Source: Eledone cirrhosa
Lineage: Eukaryota
Assembly: GCA_964016885.1 (NCBI GenBank)
Contig: OZ024745.1
Coordinates: 37,634,001-37,698,000, forward strand
DNA: 64,000 bases
Reading direction: 5' to 3'
Shown here: in pieces, positions 29,160 through 44,000 of the stretch
Layout of the letters: every line of letters begins with the position of its first letter
How positions within the stretch are numbered: the first letter of the stretch is position 1
Program-made: the position numbers and the translations under genes
Notes under the pieces: model-generated
What the model saw: only the letters and a program-made list of their open reading frames with translations
The model's database searches: none
Told to the model about the DNA's origin: nothing

Positions 29160-29980
29160 TCAATCCCACCACCACCTCTCCTAGAAACATCAGAAACACC
29201 ACAGACATAACCATCACACCATTATAAACACCACCACTACCAGAAACATCACCACCATTACTATCAACCTCTCACAATCACCACCACCACACACATCACC
29301 ACAACCACCATCAGAAATATCACAGCCACAATCAACACACCATCATAACCACCACACCATCACCACCCTACAAACATCATCATAAGTATCATTACCACAA
29401 ACACCCTAAGTACCACCACACCAACAACCATCACAACTATACCCACCATTACAAACAGCACCGTCACAACCACCACCGCATCACATACTATGACAACTAC
29501 CACCACATCAAACACGCAACAACCACCACAGCCATCATAAAACAATCACTATAAACATCGTAATTAATATCAATACAACCACTGCCATCGCAAGCACCAC
29601 CGTTTCAACCACCACAACCACCCCCACAAATGGCACGGCCGCCATCAAAAACACCGACACCTTTCATCTACTACAAATGCAAAACCAACATCATCACAAC
29701 CAGCACGAAAATAATCACAATTATCATTCTTGTCTCAACCATCGGACACACTAAAGGAACTAACGTTACCACTGCCACCCAACCGCTACAAACACCACCA
29801 TCACAAACACACCTACCACAACAAGCATTAGACACACAGAAATACCATTATTATCACCACCACAACCAACACACTGCCACAACATTAAGACACACGAACA
29901 AAACTACCATACCACCACCATCACAACCACCGCCCAAACCATCATAAATACCCACCACCACAAATATAGACACCACAGAG
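29160..29980. repeat. Degenerate (CAC/CAA/CAT)n low-complexity tract
   Basis: Strongly C/A-skewed cryptic trinucleotide repeats. Confidence 0.8.
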
Positions 29981-30626
29981 TCACTCTAACTCACCCAAGT
30001 AGCAGCCAAATACCCCGTAGTCGTAGTTAATGAGACATTGGATAATGTGGTAAGAGTTTCTTTGGAAATAAAATATTGGATGGTCACGACGATTAATGTT
30101 AGTTAAAAGTAAAAAAAATCCCTTCAATTCTAATGGAGTTGTAGGGGTGTTGCCCCGATACACAGCGTATCTTGGGGCATTTAAAACCTAGCAGAAACAA
30201 TCTCGCTCTCCAGATCGGAACACAGATAATTTCTTCCAGAGAAGGATAGAAGTAGAATCAACCTCAGTACTCGACTGGTAATTGATTCTTCACACCCGAA
30301 AGCATGAAAGACGGGATTTGAACGAAGAGCGCAGCGTGCCAGAACAAAAACCAAGGTATTTTTAATCCAATGATTTATGGACTCTACCAATATGTCACCT
30401 CGACCAGTGATAAACAACAACAGCAACTAAAAATGTGCAATTGAAATATTAAAGTAAAAAAAGAAATAAAATTAATGGTAAATGGATGCTCCGTCAGTTA
30501 CGACGAAGAGTTTTCTAGTTCGATTAACGGAACAACCTCATAATTAAATAAACGTGGCAGTGGCTCAGTAGTCAATAGACACGTGTACACTTAAGGTAAT
30601 TCTCAGAAAAATAGAGGGAAACAGTA

Positions 30627-30822
30627 TGAGGGTCGGCTGAAAAGTTCATAGGCTGACTATGAAGGAGTGATGTTAGAGCCGTGAAATCTTGCATGTATTA
30701 ATTTCAACTCTTCTTATTAATGACTCTTGATTCTTTTGAGAGACCATGTTGAAAAATAAACCTCATTGGGTCATTCCATGAAAGTATCTTAGTTAGCTTA
30801 TGAACTTTTCAGCCGACCTTCG
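30627..30822. mobile_element. Tc1/mariner-type MITE
   Basis: ~31 bp TIRs TGAGGGTCGGCTGAAAAGTTCATAGGCTGAC / GTTAGCTTATGAACTTTTCAGCCGACCTTCG with TA on both sides. Abuts a family B SINE. Confidence 0.88.
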
Positions 30823-31062
30823 TATGTAGCGAATCACAAGCGCAGTCCATCAGACAGGCTTCCAAACACTTTCCATTTACTCAGTTTCACGCACAAGGCC
30901 GAGTTAACCCAAAGCTATCGTAAATACACTTGTCCAAGATCACAAGTAATTGGATCGAACCCCGGATCTTATAATTGCGAACGTTTTAAAAGTACGAACC
31001 TTTTAAACAGTCAGGCATAACACTCTTCCAATGTATACATTATTTTGAATTGACATCAACGT

Positions 31063-31214
31063 TGCTGTGTGGTTAAGGAGTTCGCTTTACAACCACGTAA
31101 TTTTGGGCTCAATCACACTATGTGTCACCTCAGACAAGTGTCTTCTAGTATCGCCTTGGGTTACCCAATGCCTTGTTAATTAAATTTGATAGGTAAAAAC
31201 TGCATGGAAGCTTG

Positions 31215-31220
<6 letters not shown>
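31063..31220 (+). mobile_element. tRNA-derived SINE family C
   Basis: GCTGTGTGGTTAAG head, CAAGTGTCTTCTA core and GGTA.A..GAAACTG tail, then (TA)n. Related copies at ~5060-5170(+), 17060-17215(-), 30850-31020(-) and 59125-59210(+). Confidence 0.65.
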
Positions 31221-31251
<31 letters not shown>

Positions 31252-34200
31252 TGTGTGTGTTAATGTTTAATGTCCCATAAATTAGCGGTTTGACAAGAGG
31301 TGCCTCAGCATGACCACACTTGCAAAGTGGATACGCTTTCGATCAAAGGTGTACTTAATAGGAGATAACCTGGACAGAAACAGTAACAAACCTTTAAAAT
31401 AATTCCTGCAAACTTTAAATGTACTATTCCGCTTAATGCCATGTGTTGACAGAATCGGTAGGGCGTCATATTAAAAATGCCCCAGTAATACTTCAAATCC
31501 TGCCGTAGTCATCATTGCCTTTCACAATTTCGTGGTCGGTCGATAAATAAAGTACTAGTCCATTAATGGGGGGGGGGGGCATCCTCTCTTTCTCCCTCTC
31601 TTCCTCTGGAAGAAATCAGCCGTATTCTAACCTGGAGAGAGATGGATAAATTTAAAATGTCCAATACACGCCATGTATCAGGACAACGCCTGCAACGACT
31701 CAATCAGGATTTTAATTTACCTTTTTTTACTTAATATTCCACTATCTCAATAGTGAATTCAATGGATTGGAAAATCCTAGATTGACCGATTAAATAACTT
31801 GTGATACTATAGAGTTATGCTTCTTTGTGTTCTAAGTTTAAATCCTGCCGACGTCACTGCTACTTAAACATGTAGTGATTGTAAACTTCCGACAAGCCGA
31901 CTTTATAAACAGGCTTCGATTCGCGATTCTATTTATTTCACTTCTTTTGTATCCCTAATACCCCGGAGAAAGACATAGTATCATAAATTCATATAAGATT
32001 TTTTTCCTTCTCTGAAACCAATAGAGATAAGCAGTGGATTGGCAGAATCATTCATTTTGCCATTATTCCTTGCGATATTGACAGCTTTCCTCATACTTTA
32101 TGGAGCATTATACCTACATAATATGCCAACGAGGAGGACTGTATATGATTGATTGTCGGGTTAGAAATGATAGCTTTGTATTGGAAATAGTTTCGAGAAA
32201 TCGATAGAACGTTCAATGGAACAGTCGTGGTATTTATCTACGGGCTCCTTCCGTTCTATGATCGAATCCCACCGATATTAACTTTGACTTTTATCTTCCT
32301 AAGTTCGATAAAATAGTACCAGTCCTATACTGGTGTCGATTTAATAATGAATTATAAAAGAAGTGGAGATAATTCTCAAGTGATAGAAAAAAAACGAACA
32401 TGAACCAATGAGAAAACCTGCATGAAGTCGTTCATCCTGATCAAAATAGCAACCGAATCTTTCAAATCTGCTAAAAGCAACGTTGGAAATAATTGACCAT
32501 TGGACACGAATATCAACATTGAATACCAGTAGTAATGATTCATAACTGTAACTCGGTTTCAATCTCTGGTAAAAGCAAATCTTACTTCCCTTCCTGGGGT
32601 CATGACCCTCACATGTCTTATTTCTCTTCCCTCTCTGATAGAATTTAGGGTTTTTAGGGCTCTCCAGAAAAAAAAAAAAAATGCAGTGTCATAGACACAG
32701 TAGATGAACACAGAAAAATGCGTGAAAATCATAAAATATTACCCTCCACTATAATTCCAAGTTCAGAAAATTTATTAGAAAATAACACCATGAATTCATT
32801 AAGAAAACGTTCGGATGTAAGTGTTAAACCCAAGCAATGGATTTACTCCGTCACTCTGATTAAAACCACTTTCATCTGAGTAGCTCGAAGGAAAAATCAT
32901 TCCCTTGCTAGAATTCGAGTGAGGTGTCCAATCTGTAGTTAACTTCCTTCATTCTTGATCGAATAGCCTCGAACGTCCTGAAAATGTTCACGAGCTCTCC
33001 CTTACGCTTAGATTTAGAAATAAACAGTCAGCTCTCCCTTAGATCACATAAAAAGAAAGAACTCGTTCAATAATGCTGTCTCTGATATACAAAATGATAG
33101 GCTAGTCAGAGATAGAACGCCTTCCGTCTTCAGACGTATCATTAAAAGGAAGGTGTCTGTGATCAGAGCGAAGAACACTGTTTCGATTCCGGGCGTGAAC
33201 TAATGCACTTCATTTGTGATATTTCTATCATTAGCAATAGCATGAATACAACAAAACACTATTTCTTTTTATCCTAAAATCGATAATCGCAGTGTCTAGT
33301 CGCATAGAAATCAATATTAGAGACGTAGTAGTGTGATATAACGCAATAACAACTCATTCAATGATTATATGTTCCATCGTTGATATACATTCAAGCATCA
33401 TTAGGCAGAAATCATCTCATTATCGATTAGCAAATAAATTAAGGGTAATAGATTTTTTATGGCATTTACATCTTTTTTTTTTTTTTTTTTTGCATTAGTA
33501 GAGTAAAATAACCTAGTCACCTGACTGTATATATATATATATATATATATAATGTGTGTGTGTGTTTTTGTATATATATATCATATGGAGTGTGATTATT
33601 GATCTGTGATCTGAAAATATCGATCGACTGCTCAGGTCGATAGGATGTCATATTACCGGAGCAACTGTCAAAGAATCATATCCAACTGAACATATCTGGA
33701 TTATTTCAACCACACACCGTGTCATAATATGACTGTTGGGCTTGATTTGAATTAATGAAAACAAATATGTGTATGTGTGAAAGTATGTACGAGTATGTGT
33801 GCGTGTATGTGTTAGTTTGTGAAAATATGATATATTAAATCAAAAACAAAAAGAAGCATTATAATATTCTATTCTGTATGTCCTATATTTATATGCGTAA
33901 ATATGGGTCAGATGTATCGTATTCCATACTCGATGGAACATATAATACACTTTCTGATGCCCTGAAAAGGAGTATTTCCTTCTAATATATTTTTAAAATG
34001 TATTCTAATATTTATATAACTTAACTAAAGGAAAGGAGACGAACCAAAGAAGCTTTTTTACAACTTGTTTTTTCATTGCCTATAACTATCGGTCAGTCAA
34101 AAATTCAGACAGAGACGTAACAGCTTTTTCAGTGATAGGAGGCGGAATTTGAACTCACCACACACAGAGCCGGATCAGATACTAGAATACATTCCGCTAA

Positions 34201-36409
34201 TTCACCGCTCATGGACTGTTACATTTTTATCGAACTGGAAAAATTCTAAAGGCAAATTTGGTCTCAGAGCTAAAATAAATTCCAAGGTATTTAATCCGAT
34301 GCTTTAACGACTCTACCAATTCGGCGAATTTTCAGAGTCGTTAGAACGTCGGTTAGAAAGCTTTACGGTATTCGCTTCGGCTCTCAGCTCTCTGAGTTAA
34401 AATCCCACCGAAGTCAACTTTGCCTTTCATCTTTTCAAGGTCGATAAAAAAGTACCAATCAATTACTGGGGTTGATTATTCTTCTCTATTTCTTTCTCAC
34501 TTTCATTCTCTCACTCTCTATACTTCTCTATATGCTGTATTCAAACCTGGAGAGGAGATGGGCCCGCCAGGTTTAAACGCGTTCAAGAAACGCCGTATGT
34601 CAATACGGCACCCCTAAAACTCCCTTAGGAGTTACGGAACCATACATGCATATCTACAGCAATGACGATAAATATCGTTTAAATCACTAAATTTTCTGAA
34701 CGGTATTTCGAAACTATAAAATAGTTAGCATTGGCTTTAACACAGTTCGATTGAGAAAAAAAGCTTGTATATAGACAAATACAGCATGCTTACGTGTAAA
34801 AAAAAAAAATCTCAGTGTGAGTATGTTAACCTGCAATTATATCATAAATGTTTCAATATATTGAATGAATTTCAGAATGTATTTCAGAATGTATTTCAGA
34901 AATTCTTATTTCGGCATCGGCAGACGCTTACTCACTACGAAGTATTTAGGTTAAATGTCTGTACCGGAGAGGAAGGCTTATCAGGCAAGTGCCTATCCCA
35001 GTTTAATTGATGTTAAGCGGCTGAGTGTACTAGATTCCACCCTTAAGAAGTCACCTGGCCATCCTAAGATTAACCTCCAACTGCTGCTACTCAATTTCAG
35101 CCGAACGAAATGAGGTGTTTTCCTCAAGAACACAGCACACAATCTTGTCCCAGAATTGAACCAAAGATATTATGATCGTACGGCCAACACTCTAACCACA
35201 AGATCACACGCTTCCCGTAATAACTTATTGAGGTAACAAGAAAATGTCTTCTTAGATTGTTAACAATCTATTTTTGTGTGTAGCTGATTTACATATAGTG
35301 CAGGTTTGACGGCCTGTACTACTTATAAACAGTGTATATAAACATACAGAGTCTGTTTATACAAAATAAACAAACATAAAATCTCGCTGTAAGTGTTTTA
35401 AGATGTGATTATCTGACATTTACCTGAATATTCGCGTGAAATCGTTGGTTGTGTATCCAGTGCTCTCACACGAATATTAGGGTAGCTCTGACGAAATGAG
35501 TTTTGATATAGACATAAGACCAACAATTTGCATAAGACTGGATCCAGGCACTTAACTGATACCTCAATATATCAACCCCATAAGGATAAAAGGAGAACCT
35601 ATCACCGGAGACATGTGAACACAGAATTTAAAGACCCTGAAAAAAAACCACAAGAAATTTCGTCCGATGCTCTAACGATTTTACCATTCTACCACCTTAG
35701 CTGTGATATAATCACAGAGTTACTATATGTTTATTATACATAAATATAATGTATGTGTGTGTATATATACGCCTTTATACTATAGTCAGCAGTAAGCACA
35801 AAAGAAAGGAAAGTAGAAGTACATTTGAAAATGATTTAGCGAAAGTTTTCGAAATGTGATACTATGCATTCTGATTTAGTGTCCTTATTCACCCCCAGGA
35901 GTCTCGTCTTTAACAATGTCTTCAAAGTTTAAAGACTTCAAACTGTTAGTGTTCGTTTCTCATCTTTCTTGTCGATTATTTTCAGTTCCTTAAACGTTAT
36001 TAATTACCAAAAAAAATCTGCATTTGTATAGTAGGGCTGTAAATTATTCTAATAATTAATTCATCTGTTCATACGACAGTCCTGTATGATGTGTAGTGTC
36101 GTCTGTATGTAGATACGTGCAGACGTAAATATGCACGCACACTCAGACGCACACATACATGTGCAGATACATGTGCACACACAAACATACACGCATGCAT
36201 ATATATATATATATATATAAATGTATGTGCATGTGTAAGATCTATATAAATATGAATGTGTGCGTATATGTACAAATATATTTGTGTGTGAGTGTTTGTG
36301 GGAATGCTCACAGATGCGCACATGTTTCGTATGTGAAGAAAATATGTATGCATGCATAGACGAATTCATGAATATATATATGTGTGTGTGTTTGTGTGTT
36401 TGTATATGT

Positions 36410-36693
36410 TTATATATCATATATATATATATACATACATAATATACATAATATATGTATATATATATATATACATATATGTATATATATACATATATGT
36501 ATATATATACATATATGTATATATATATACATATATGTATATATATATATGTATATGTATATATACATATATGTATATATACATATATGTATATATATAT
36601 ATATATACATATATGTATATATATACATATATGGATATATATATATATATACATATATTATGTATATTATGTATGTATATATATATATGTATG

Positions 36694-36729
<36 letters not shown>

Positions 36730-37391
36730 TGTATGTATATATATATATATATGTATGTATATATATATATATGTATGTATATATATATATATGTATATAT
36801 ATATATGTATGTATATATATATATATGTATATATATACATATATGTATATATATATATATGTATATATATACATATATGTATATATATATATATGTATAT
36901 ATATACATATATGTATATATATATATATGTATATATATACATATATATATATGTATATATATACATATATACATATATGTATATATATATACATATATGT
37001 ATATATATATACACATATATATATATATATATACATATATGTATATATATATACATATATGTATATATATATACATATATGTATATATATATATATATAC
37101 ATATATGTATATATATATATATACATATATGTATATATATATATATACATATATGTATATATATATATACATATATGTATATATATATATACATATATGT
37201 ATATATATATATACATATATGTATATATATATACATATATGTATATATATATAAACATATATGTATATATATATATACATATATGTATATATATATATAC
37301 ATATATGTATATATACATATATGTATATATATATATACATATATGTATATATACATATATGTATATATATGTATATATATATATACATACA

Positions 37392-37425
<34 letters not shown>

Positions 37426-37426
37426 C
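36410..37426. repeat. (TA)n/TACATATATG palindromic minisatellite array
   Basis: Repeated self-complementary unit TATACATATATGTATA with variable (TA)n spacers. Confidence 0.95.
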
Positions 37427-37685
37427 GTTATTCCGGGTTGAATCGGAGGTAACCACAGTAAGTAAGGTACTCAATACATAGCAGAGTATAACAGTTTTAA
37501 TATAGATGAGATTCTACAGGACTAGAACTGTTTCATTCATTAGAAATCATCAGGAATCTGGGTATCAAAAAATAAATATGTAGAGACCTATAAATACCAT
37601 ATTTATTTTTTGATACCCAGATTCCTGATGATTTCTAATGAATGAAACAGTTCTAGTCCTGTAGAATCTCATCTATATTAAAACT
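37427..37685. mobile_element. Fold-back HHR module (probable PLE pLTR remnant)
   Basis: 88-bp perfect inverted repeat (37493-37580 / 37598-37685) with a 17-nt spacer, plus a unique tail at 37427-37492. Embedded in TA arrays. Confidence 0.8.
37619..37669 (+). ncRNA. Type I hammerhead ribozyme (mirror copy on - strand at 37509-37559)
   Basis: AGATTC-CTGATGA-t TTC taat GAA t-GAAA-CAG ttctagtc CT-GTA-GAATCT: stem I 6 bp, stem III 3 bp beyond A-U, GUA triplet. Confidence 0.82.
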
Positions 37686-37734
37686 ATATATATATATATA
37701 CATATATGTATATATATATATATATATATATACA

Positions 37735-37806
<72 letters not shown>

Positions 37807-37934
37807 TGTATATATATATACATATATGTATATATATATACATATATGTATATATATATACATATATGTATATATATATACATATATGTATATATATATA
37901 CATATATGTATATATATATATATATACATATATG

Positions 37935-37968
<34 letters not shown>

Positions 37969-38372
37969 TATATGTATATATATATACATATATGTATATA
38001 TATATACATATATGTATATATATATATACATATATGTATATATATATATATACATATATGTATATATATATACATATATGTATATATATATATATACATA
38101 TATGTATATATATATACATATATGTATATATATATATACATATATGTATATATATATATACATATATGTATATATATATATATATATATACATATATGTA
38201 TATATATATATATACATATATGTATATATATATATACATATATGTATATATATATATACATATATGTATATATGTATATATATATATACATATATGTATA
38301 TATATATATACATATATGTATATATGTATATATATATATACATATATGTATATATATATATATACATATATG

Positions 38373-38404
<32 letters not shown>

Positions 38405-38412
38405 CATATATG

Positions 38413-38464
<52 letters not shown>

Positions 38465-38610
38465 TATATGTATATATATATATATGTATATATATACATA
38501 TATGTATATATGTATATATATATATATATATATATACATATATGTATACATATACATATATGTATATATGTATATATATATATATATATATACATATATG
38601 TATATATATA
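37686..38610. repeat. TACATATATG/(TA)n array
   Basis: Direct reading. Confidence 0.95.
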
Positions 38611-39854
38611 TGGGGAGGGTCATATTTGCGTAATATTGCCAGAATTAATAACAGAACACACTCACTGTTTGGTTGGTTTTCGCTTCTCGCTGTCTTTTAT
38701 ATATATATATCTGCGATCTAACTATACGAAGGAGCCATGGAAAAGTATAAGACCCTCATAGAACTGGACATGAAAGGAACTTGCCCACTATACAGGAGCA
38801 AATCATGGAATAGCTTAGATAGGGCTAGACATAAGATAGGGAAGGCCACATCATGGTACGACAACCAGAGATATCAGAGTGTCATGTTTGTGGACGCCAC
38901 CCCTGGAGGGAAATTAGCTAACCAGTGTAGAAAGGCCCTGAGAAAGACCCACTTAAAAATAAAGGTGGTAGAAAAGCCAGGAACCACCATAAAATCCCTG
39001 ATCAGCAAAACCTACCCTTTTAAGAAAACCCACTGTACCAATAGGAAATGTATCATATGTAAGGTGAACCCCCGGATAAACTGTAAAACTAGAAACGTAG
39101 TCTATAGCATAAGAGGTACAGAGGGTACTTGCAGAAACACGACAACAACATACATAGGTGAGACAGCTCGTAGCATAGGTGAAAGGATAGACCAACACTG
39201 GGGGGAACTAAAAGGACAAAAAAACGGGTCAGTACTATACGAACATGCTAGACAACAACATGACGGTAACATAGACAACATAGAAATTAGAATAATATCT
39301 AAACATAGGAATGACCCAGCAGATAGGCAAATCAGAGAGGCCAGTGAAATAGAAATTAGAAGACCAAAGCTAAACAGAAAGAATGAGTGGAACAACAACA
39401 ACACCCAAACAAACAACACTGACCTAAGAGAAGTATAAATAAATAAGTAAATTAAATTAAATAAATAAAATAAGATAAATAAATACATACACAAGCACAT
39501 AAACACACACTAGTCACCCAGCAGACACAACACTATACACACTAGTCACACATCACACATAACACTATACACACACGCAAACGCATGCGCAAAGAAGACA
39601 AAATAAAATAAGATAAACAAACAAGCAAATAAATAAATAAATATATAGACAGACTGAACAAAAAAAAACAAAAAAATGGCGTAGACATACAACACAACAG
39701 GAGGAACAATGAATATAACACCACTGACGATGTTGCAGATGTGCAACGAAAGATTTATGTAAATTATGTAAACTATATATATATGTGTTTGTCTATATTG
39801 TATCTGTATTATTTTTGACCGCCGGTCAGTCAATGGCAACATTGAGGACCGAGT
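38611..39854. mobile_element. Truncated PLE copy 2 with internal inversion
   Basis: 38611-38723 is the reverse complement of 44535-44647. 38724-39854 matches ~43420-44534. Confidence 0.93.
38737..39438 (+). pseudogene. PLE C-terminal fragment (Cys-rich linker plus GIY-YIG)
   Basis: 233 aa nearly identical to the C-terminus of ORF 41042-44134. Confidence 0.9.
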
Positions 39855-40005
39855 ATATATATACATATATGTATATATGTATATATATACATATATGTAT
39901 ATATATACATATATGTATATATATATACATATATGTATATATATACATATATGTATATATATACATATATGTATATATATATACATATATGTATATATAT
40001 ACATA

Positions 40006-40049
<44 letters not shown>

Positions 40050-41041
40050 TGTATATATATCTACATATATGTATATATGTATATACATATATGTATATAT
40101 ATACATATATATGTATATATATACATATATATGTATATATATACATATATATGTATATGTATATGTATACATATATATATATATGTATATGTATATATAT
40201 ACATATATATGTATATATATACATATATATGTATATATATATATATATATACATATATGTATATATATACATATATATGTATATATATATAGCGGCGATG
40301 AATTAGTTTTGCGAGGTTTTTTATATGAAATCGTGTGTCGAAACAGATATTGTTATATTTGGGGAGGGTCATATTTGCGTAATATTGCCAGAATTAATAA
40401 CAGAACACACTCACTGTTTGGTTGGTTTTCGCTTCTCGCTGTCTTTTATATATATATATATCTGCGATCTAACTTACTCGGTCCTCAATGTTGCCATTGA
40501 CTGACCGGCGGTCAAAAATAATACAGATACAATATAGACACAAACACATATATATAGTTTACATAATTTACATAAATCTTTCGTTGCACATCTGCAACAT
40601 CGTCAGTGGTGTTATATTCATTGTTCCTCCTGTTGTGTTGTATGTCTACGCCATTTTTTTTGTTCAGTCTGTCTATATATTTATTTATTTATTTGCTTGT
40701 TTGTTTATCTTATTTTATTTTGTCTTCTTTGCGCATGCGTTTGCGTGTGTGTATAGTGTTATGTGTGATGTGTGACTAGTGTGTATAGTGTTGTGTCTGC
40801 TGGGTGACTAGTGTGTGTTTATGTGCTTGTGTATGTATTTATTTATCTTATTTTATTTAATTCATCACAGCAAACGAGAGAGATGACTTCATGAGCGTCA
40901 TCCGACGCGAAACGAAATATGCTCAAAACGAATGCTGTAGGCATTTCAATAAGAAATTAGAATGGATGAATAAGAAAAAAACTACAAGAAAGGAAAATCG
41001 AATATTCTCAAAAATACCCAGATAACATCGACAACATCCGT

Positions 41042-44000
41042 ATGAGTGATGTAAAACTACCGGAAGAATTTACCAATGACCACACAGTAAATATCTATGG
41101 GAACACTTTAATCAGTGAACAAGAACAACAAATCCTAAAGTTACCACCAAAATTTGCCATCTACAAAAAGATTAACCCTATGGAATGCAAAACGGAGCTG
41201 GAAAAGTGTTTCACAAAAATACGTTGGAATGCAAAGGTAAACAACAACAACAATAATAACGGTAGTAGTAATATAAACAATAACTCTGGGTATAGAAATA
41301 ACAGCCATAACCATAACAATGGCAGGAAAGTGAGAAATAGTGATAATGGCAATAATACTAGCGATAGACAGAACAACAACAACCACAATAATAATAATAA
41401 TAGAAACGTTAACCACAGACACAGCAACAGTGACCACAGTAGTAATAACGGTAACAATACGAACAACAACAACAGCAATAACCACAGTGGTAATAATGGA
41501 AATAGTACATGTAGCAACATCAACAAAAACAAGAAACATAATAATAGTAACAACCACAATGGTAGAAATAGCAGTAACAACAACAACAACAATAACGGTG
41601 AAGTAAACAACAATACATCTAGCAATCATAACAATAATAATATTAATGCTAATGATAGAAACAACAACAACCACCATGATAACAATAATAGCAACACACA
41701 CAACTATGACGATAGAAATAACGACAACCCCTTAGAGAAACTATTTTTCAACCCAGCTGACAAAACATATAAGATGGGTAATATCTATCCTACGAGGTTA
41801 CCCTTTAATAAAAGAGTTTGCATACCACAGCAAATAGATGACGAGACGGAGGCACAGTTCACCATAGCTAGAAATAAGATTAGACAAGTAGTAGACAGGT
41901 ACACTATGAGACAGAGCAGACCAGAGGCCCAACAACTTGGGATAAAACCTGTAGAAGGCTTGGTTAGCCTCAAGCAGCGCACAAGGGATGGTGAGGTAGT
42001 GTGTCTACCCACAGATAAGTCTGGTAGGATGTCAATAGATAGCATGCCGAACTACATCGAGGCAATGCAACCCCACATCACCAACACGAGCGAAGTTGCA
42101 CAACTAACACACGATGGGAGAGGAAAAATCCTCAACGCTCACATGATGATGTGGACTGACATCCTAAAGCCAAGCAGACGCACTGCCAACAACTTCCAGG
42201 CGTCTAACAATGGCATACCACCCTTGTATGGGCTCCGCAAAGACCACAAGACAGTCGACGACCCGACAACAGGACCACCAACAAGACCCGTATGCGGAGC
42301 TAATATAGCTAGCAACTACAGGATATCCTACTTCCTCTCAATGGTTATACGCCCCATAATCAAGATGTCCCCAGATGTATGTGAAAGTACAGAGGACCTC
42401 CTCAGCAGAATCAGTGAGTGCAACAAAAACAGGAGCCTATCCAACTGCATAATAGGCAGCATGGATGTGGTGTCACTGTACCCATCCATTAACATTGATT
42501 TTGCTGTGAAAAGATGTGTGGAGATGATCATTGAGAGTGAGGTGGAGTTCTGCGACGTCGACACAGACGAACTAGGCCTCCTACTTAGACTTACCTACGA
42601 CACTGACTACCTAGACAGCCATAACCTTAGATGTTTCTGCCCTAGTAGACCTATAAGAGGTAGACCCCCCACCATAACCTCAATGGCTAAAAAGACTCCC
42701 ATAGGAAGGTGGATTGGGTGGACCAAAGCTATACGGACCCCCCAAAACACTGATCAGGTAAGAAAAATGGTCGCACATGCAATAGGGGCTAGTATCAAAA
42801 CTACCCTAAAGGGCCACATATTTAAGTTCAATGAGAAAATCTACACCCAAAATGAGGGAGCAGCCATCGGCGTCAGCATAGCTGGTGATGTTGCCAACCT
42901 TTTCATGGTATGGTGGGAAAGGAGACTTAAAGATCTCCTTAATGAAAGCTCCATAGACCTCATCATGTACTCTCGTTATGTAGACGATATCAATATAGTT
43001 ATAAGAACACCCCCACTAGAGAGCACTAACAAGTTTGATTTAGAACGTAGCACGATGGAAAGCATCCAGCAGATAGCTAATTCCATACACCAGAGTATAA
43101 CTGTAACTATAGACTTCCCTTCCAAACACCCTAACAATAGACTACCTGTATTAGACACAGAACTCTGGATTAACACTATAGACGAGAGAGCCCAAATTCT
43201 CCACTCACACTATGCTAAACCCATGGTCTCCAAATACCTGATACTCAAAAACTCAGCAATGTCCAGTAGTGCTAAGTTTAATATTCTGATCGCAGATTTG
43301 GTACGAGTGATGAAGAATGTGTCCAGCATGTGCGACCCAACAGAAATGGAAGGACACATCCAACACTTCATCAACCGCATGCAGTTCTCTGGCTACAACC
43401 AAAGAGACAGAGTCAGAGTATACGAAGGAGCCATGGAAAAGTATAAGACCCTCATAGAACTGGACATGAAAGGAATTTGCCCACTATACAGGAGCAAATC
43501 ATGGAATAGCTTAGATAGGGCTAGATATAAGATAGGGAAGGCCACATCATGGTACGACAACCAGAGATATCAGAGTGTCATGTTTGTGGACGCCACCCCT
43601 GGAGGGAAATTAGCTAACCAGTGTAGAAAGGCCCTGAGAAAGACCCACTTAAAAATAAAGGTGGTAGAAAAGCCAGGAACCACCATAAAATCCCGGATCA
43701 GCAAAACCTACCCTTTTAAGAAAAACCACTGTACCAATAGGAAATGTATCATATGTAAGGTGAACCCCCGGATAAACTGTAAAACTAGAAACGTAGTCTA
43801 TAGCATAAGATGTACAGAGGGTACTTGCAGAAACATGACAACAACATACATAGGTGAGACAGCTCGTAGCATAGGTGAAAGGATAGACCAACACTGGGGG
43901 GAACTAAAAGGACGAAAAAACGGGTCAGTACTATACGAACATGCTAGACAACAACATGACGGTAACATAGACAACATAGAAATTAGAATAATATCTAAAC

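Noticed and set aside
35480-35540. CTGACGA box (also CTGATGA at 28860 and 49455)
   Set aside because: No downstream stem II plus GAAA. The 49455 match simply encodes FADD.
40967-40969. In-frame TGA upstream of the PLE ORF as possible selenocysteine (reported in some Naiads)
   Set aside because: The plausible upstream peptide (FNKKLEWMNKK) is in another frame and joins through an A-run slip. There is no TGA at Cys positions in the ORF.
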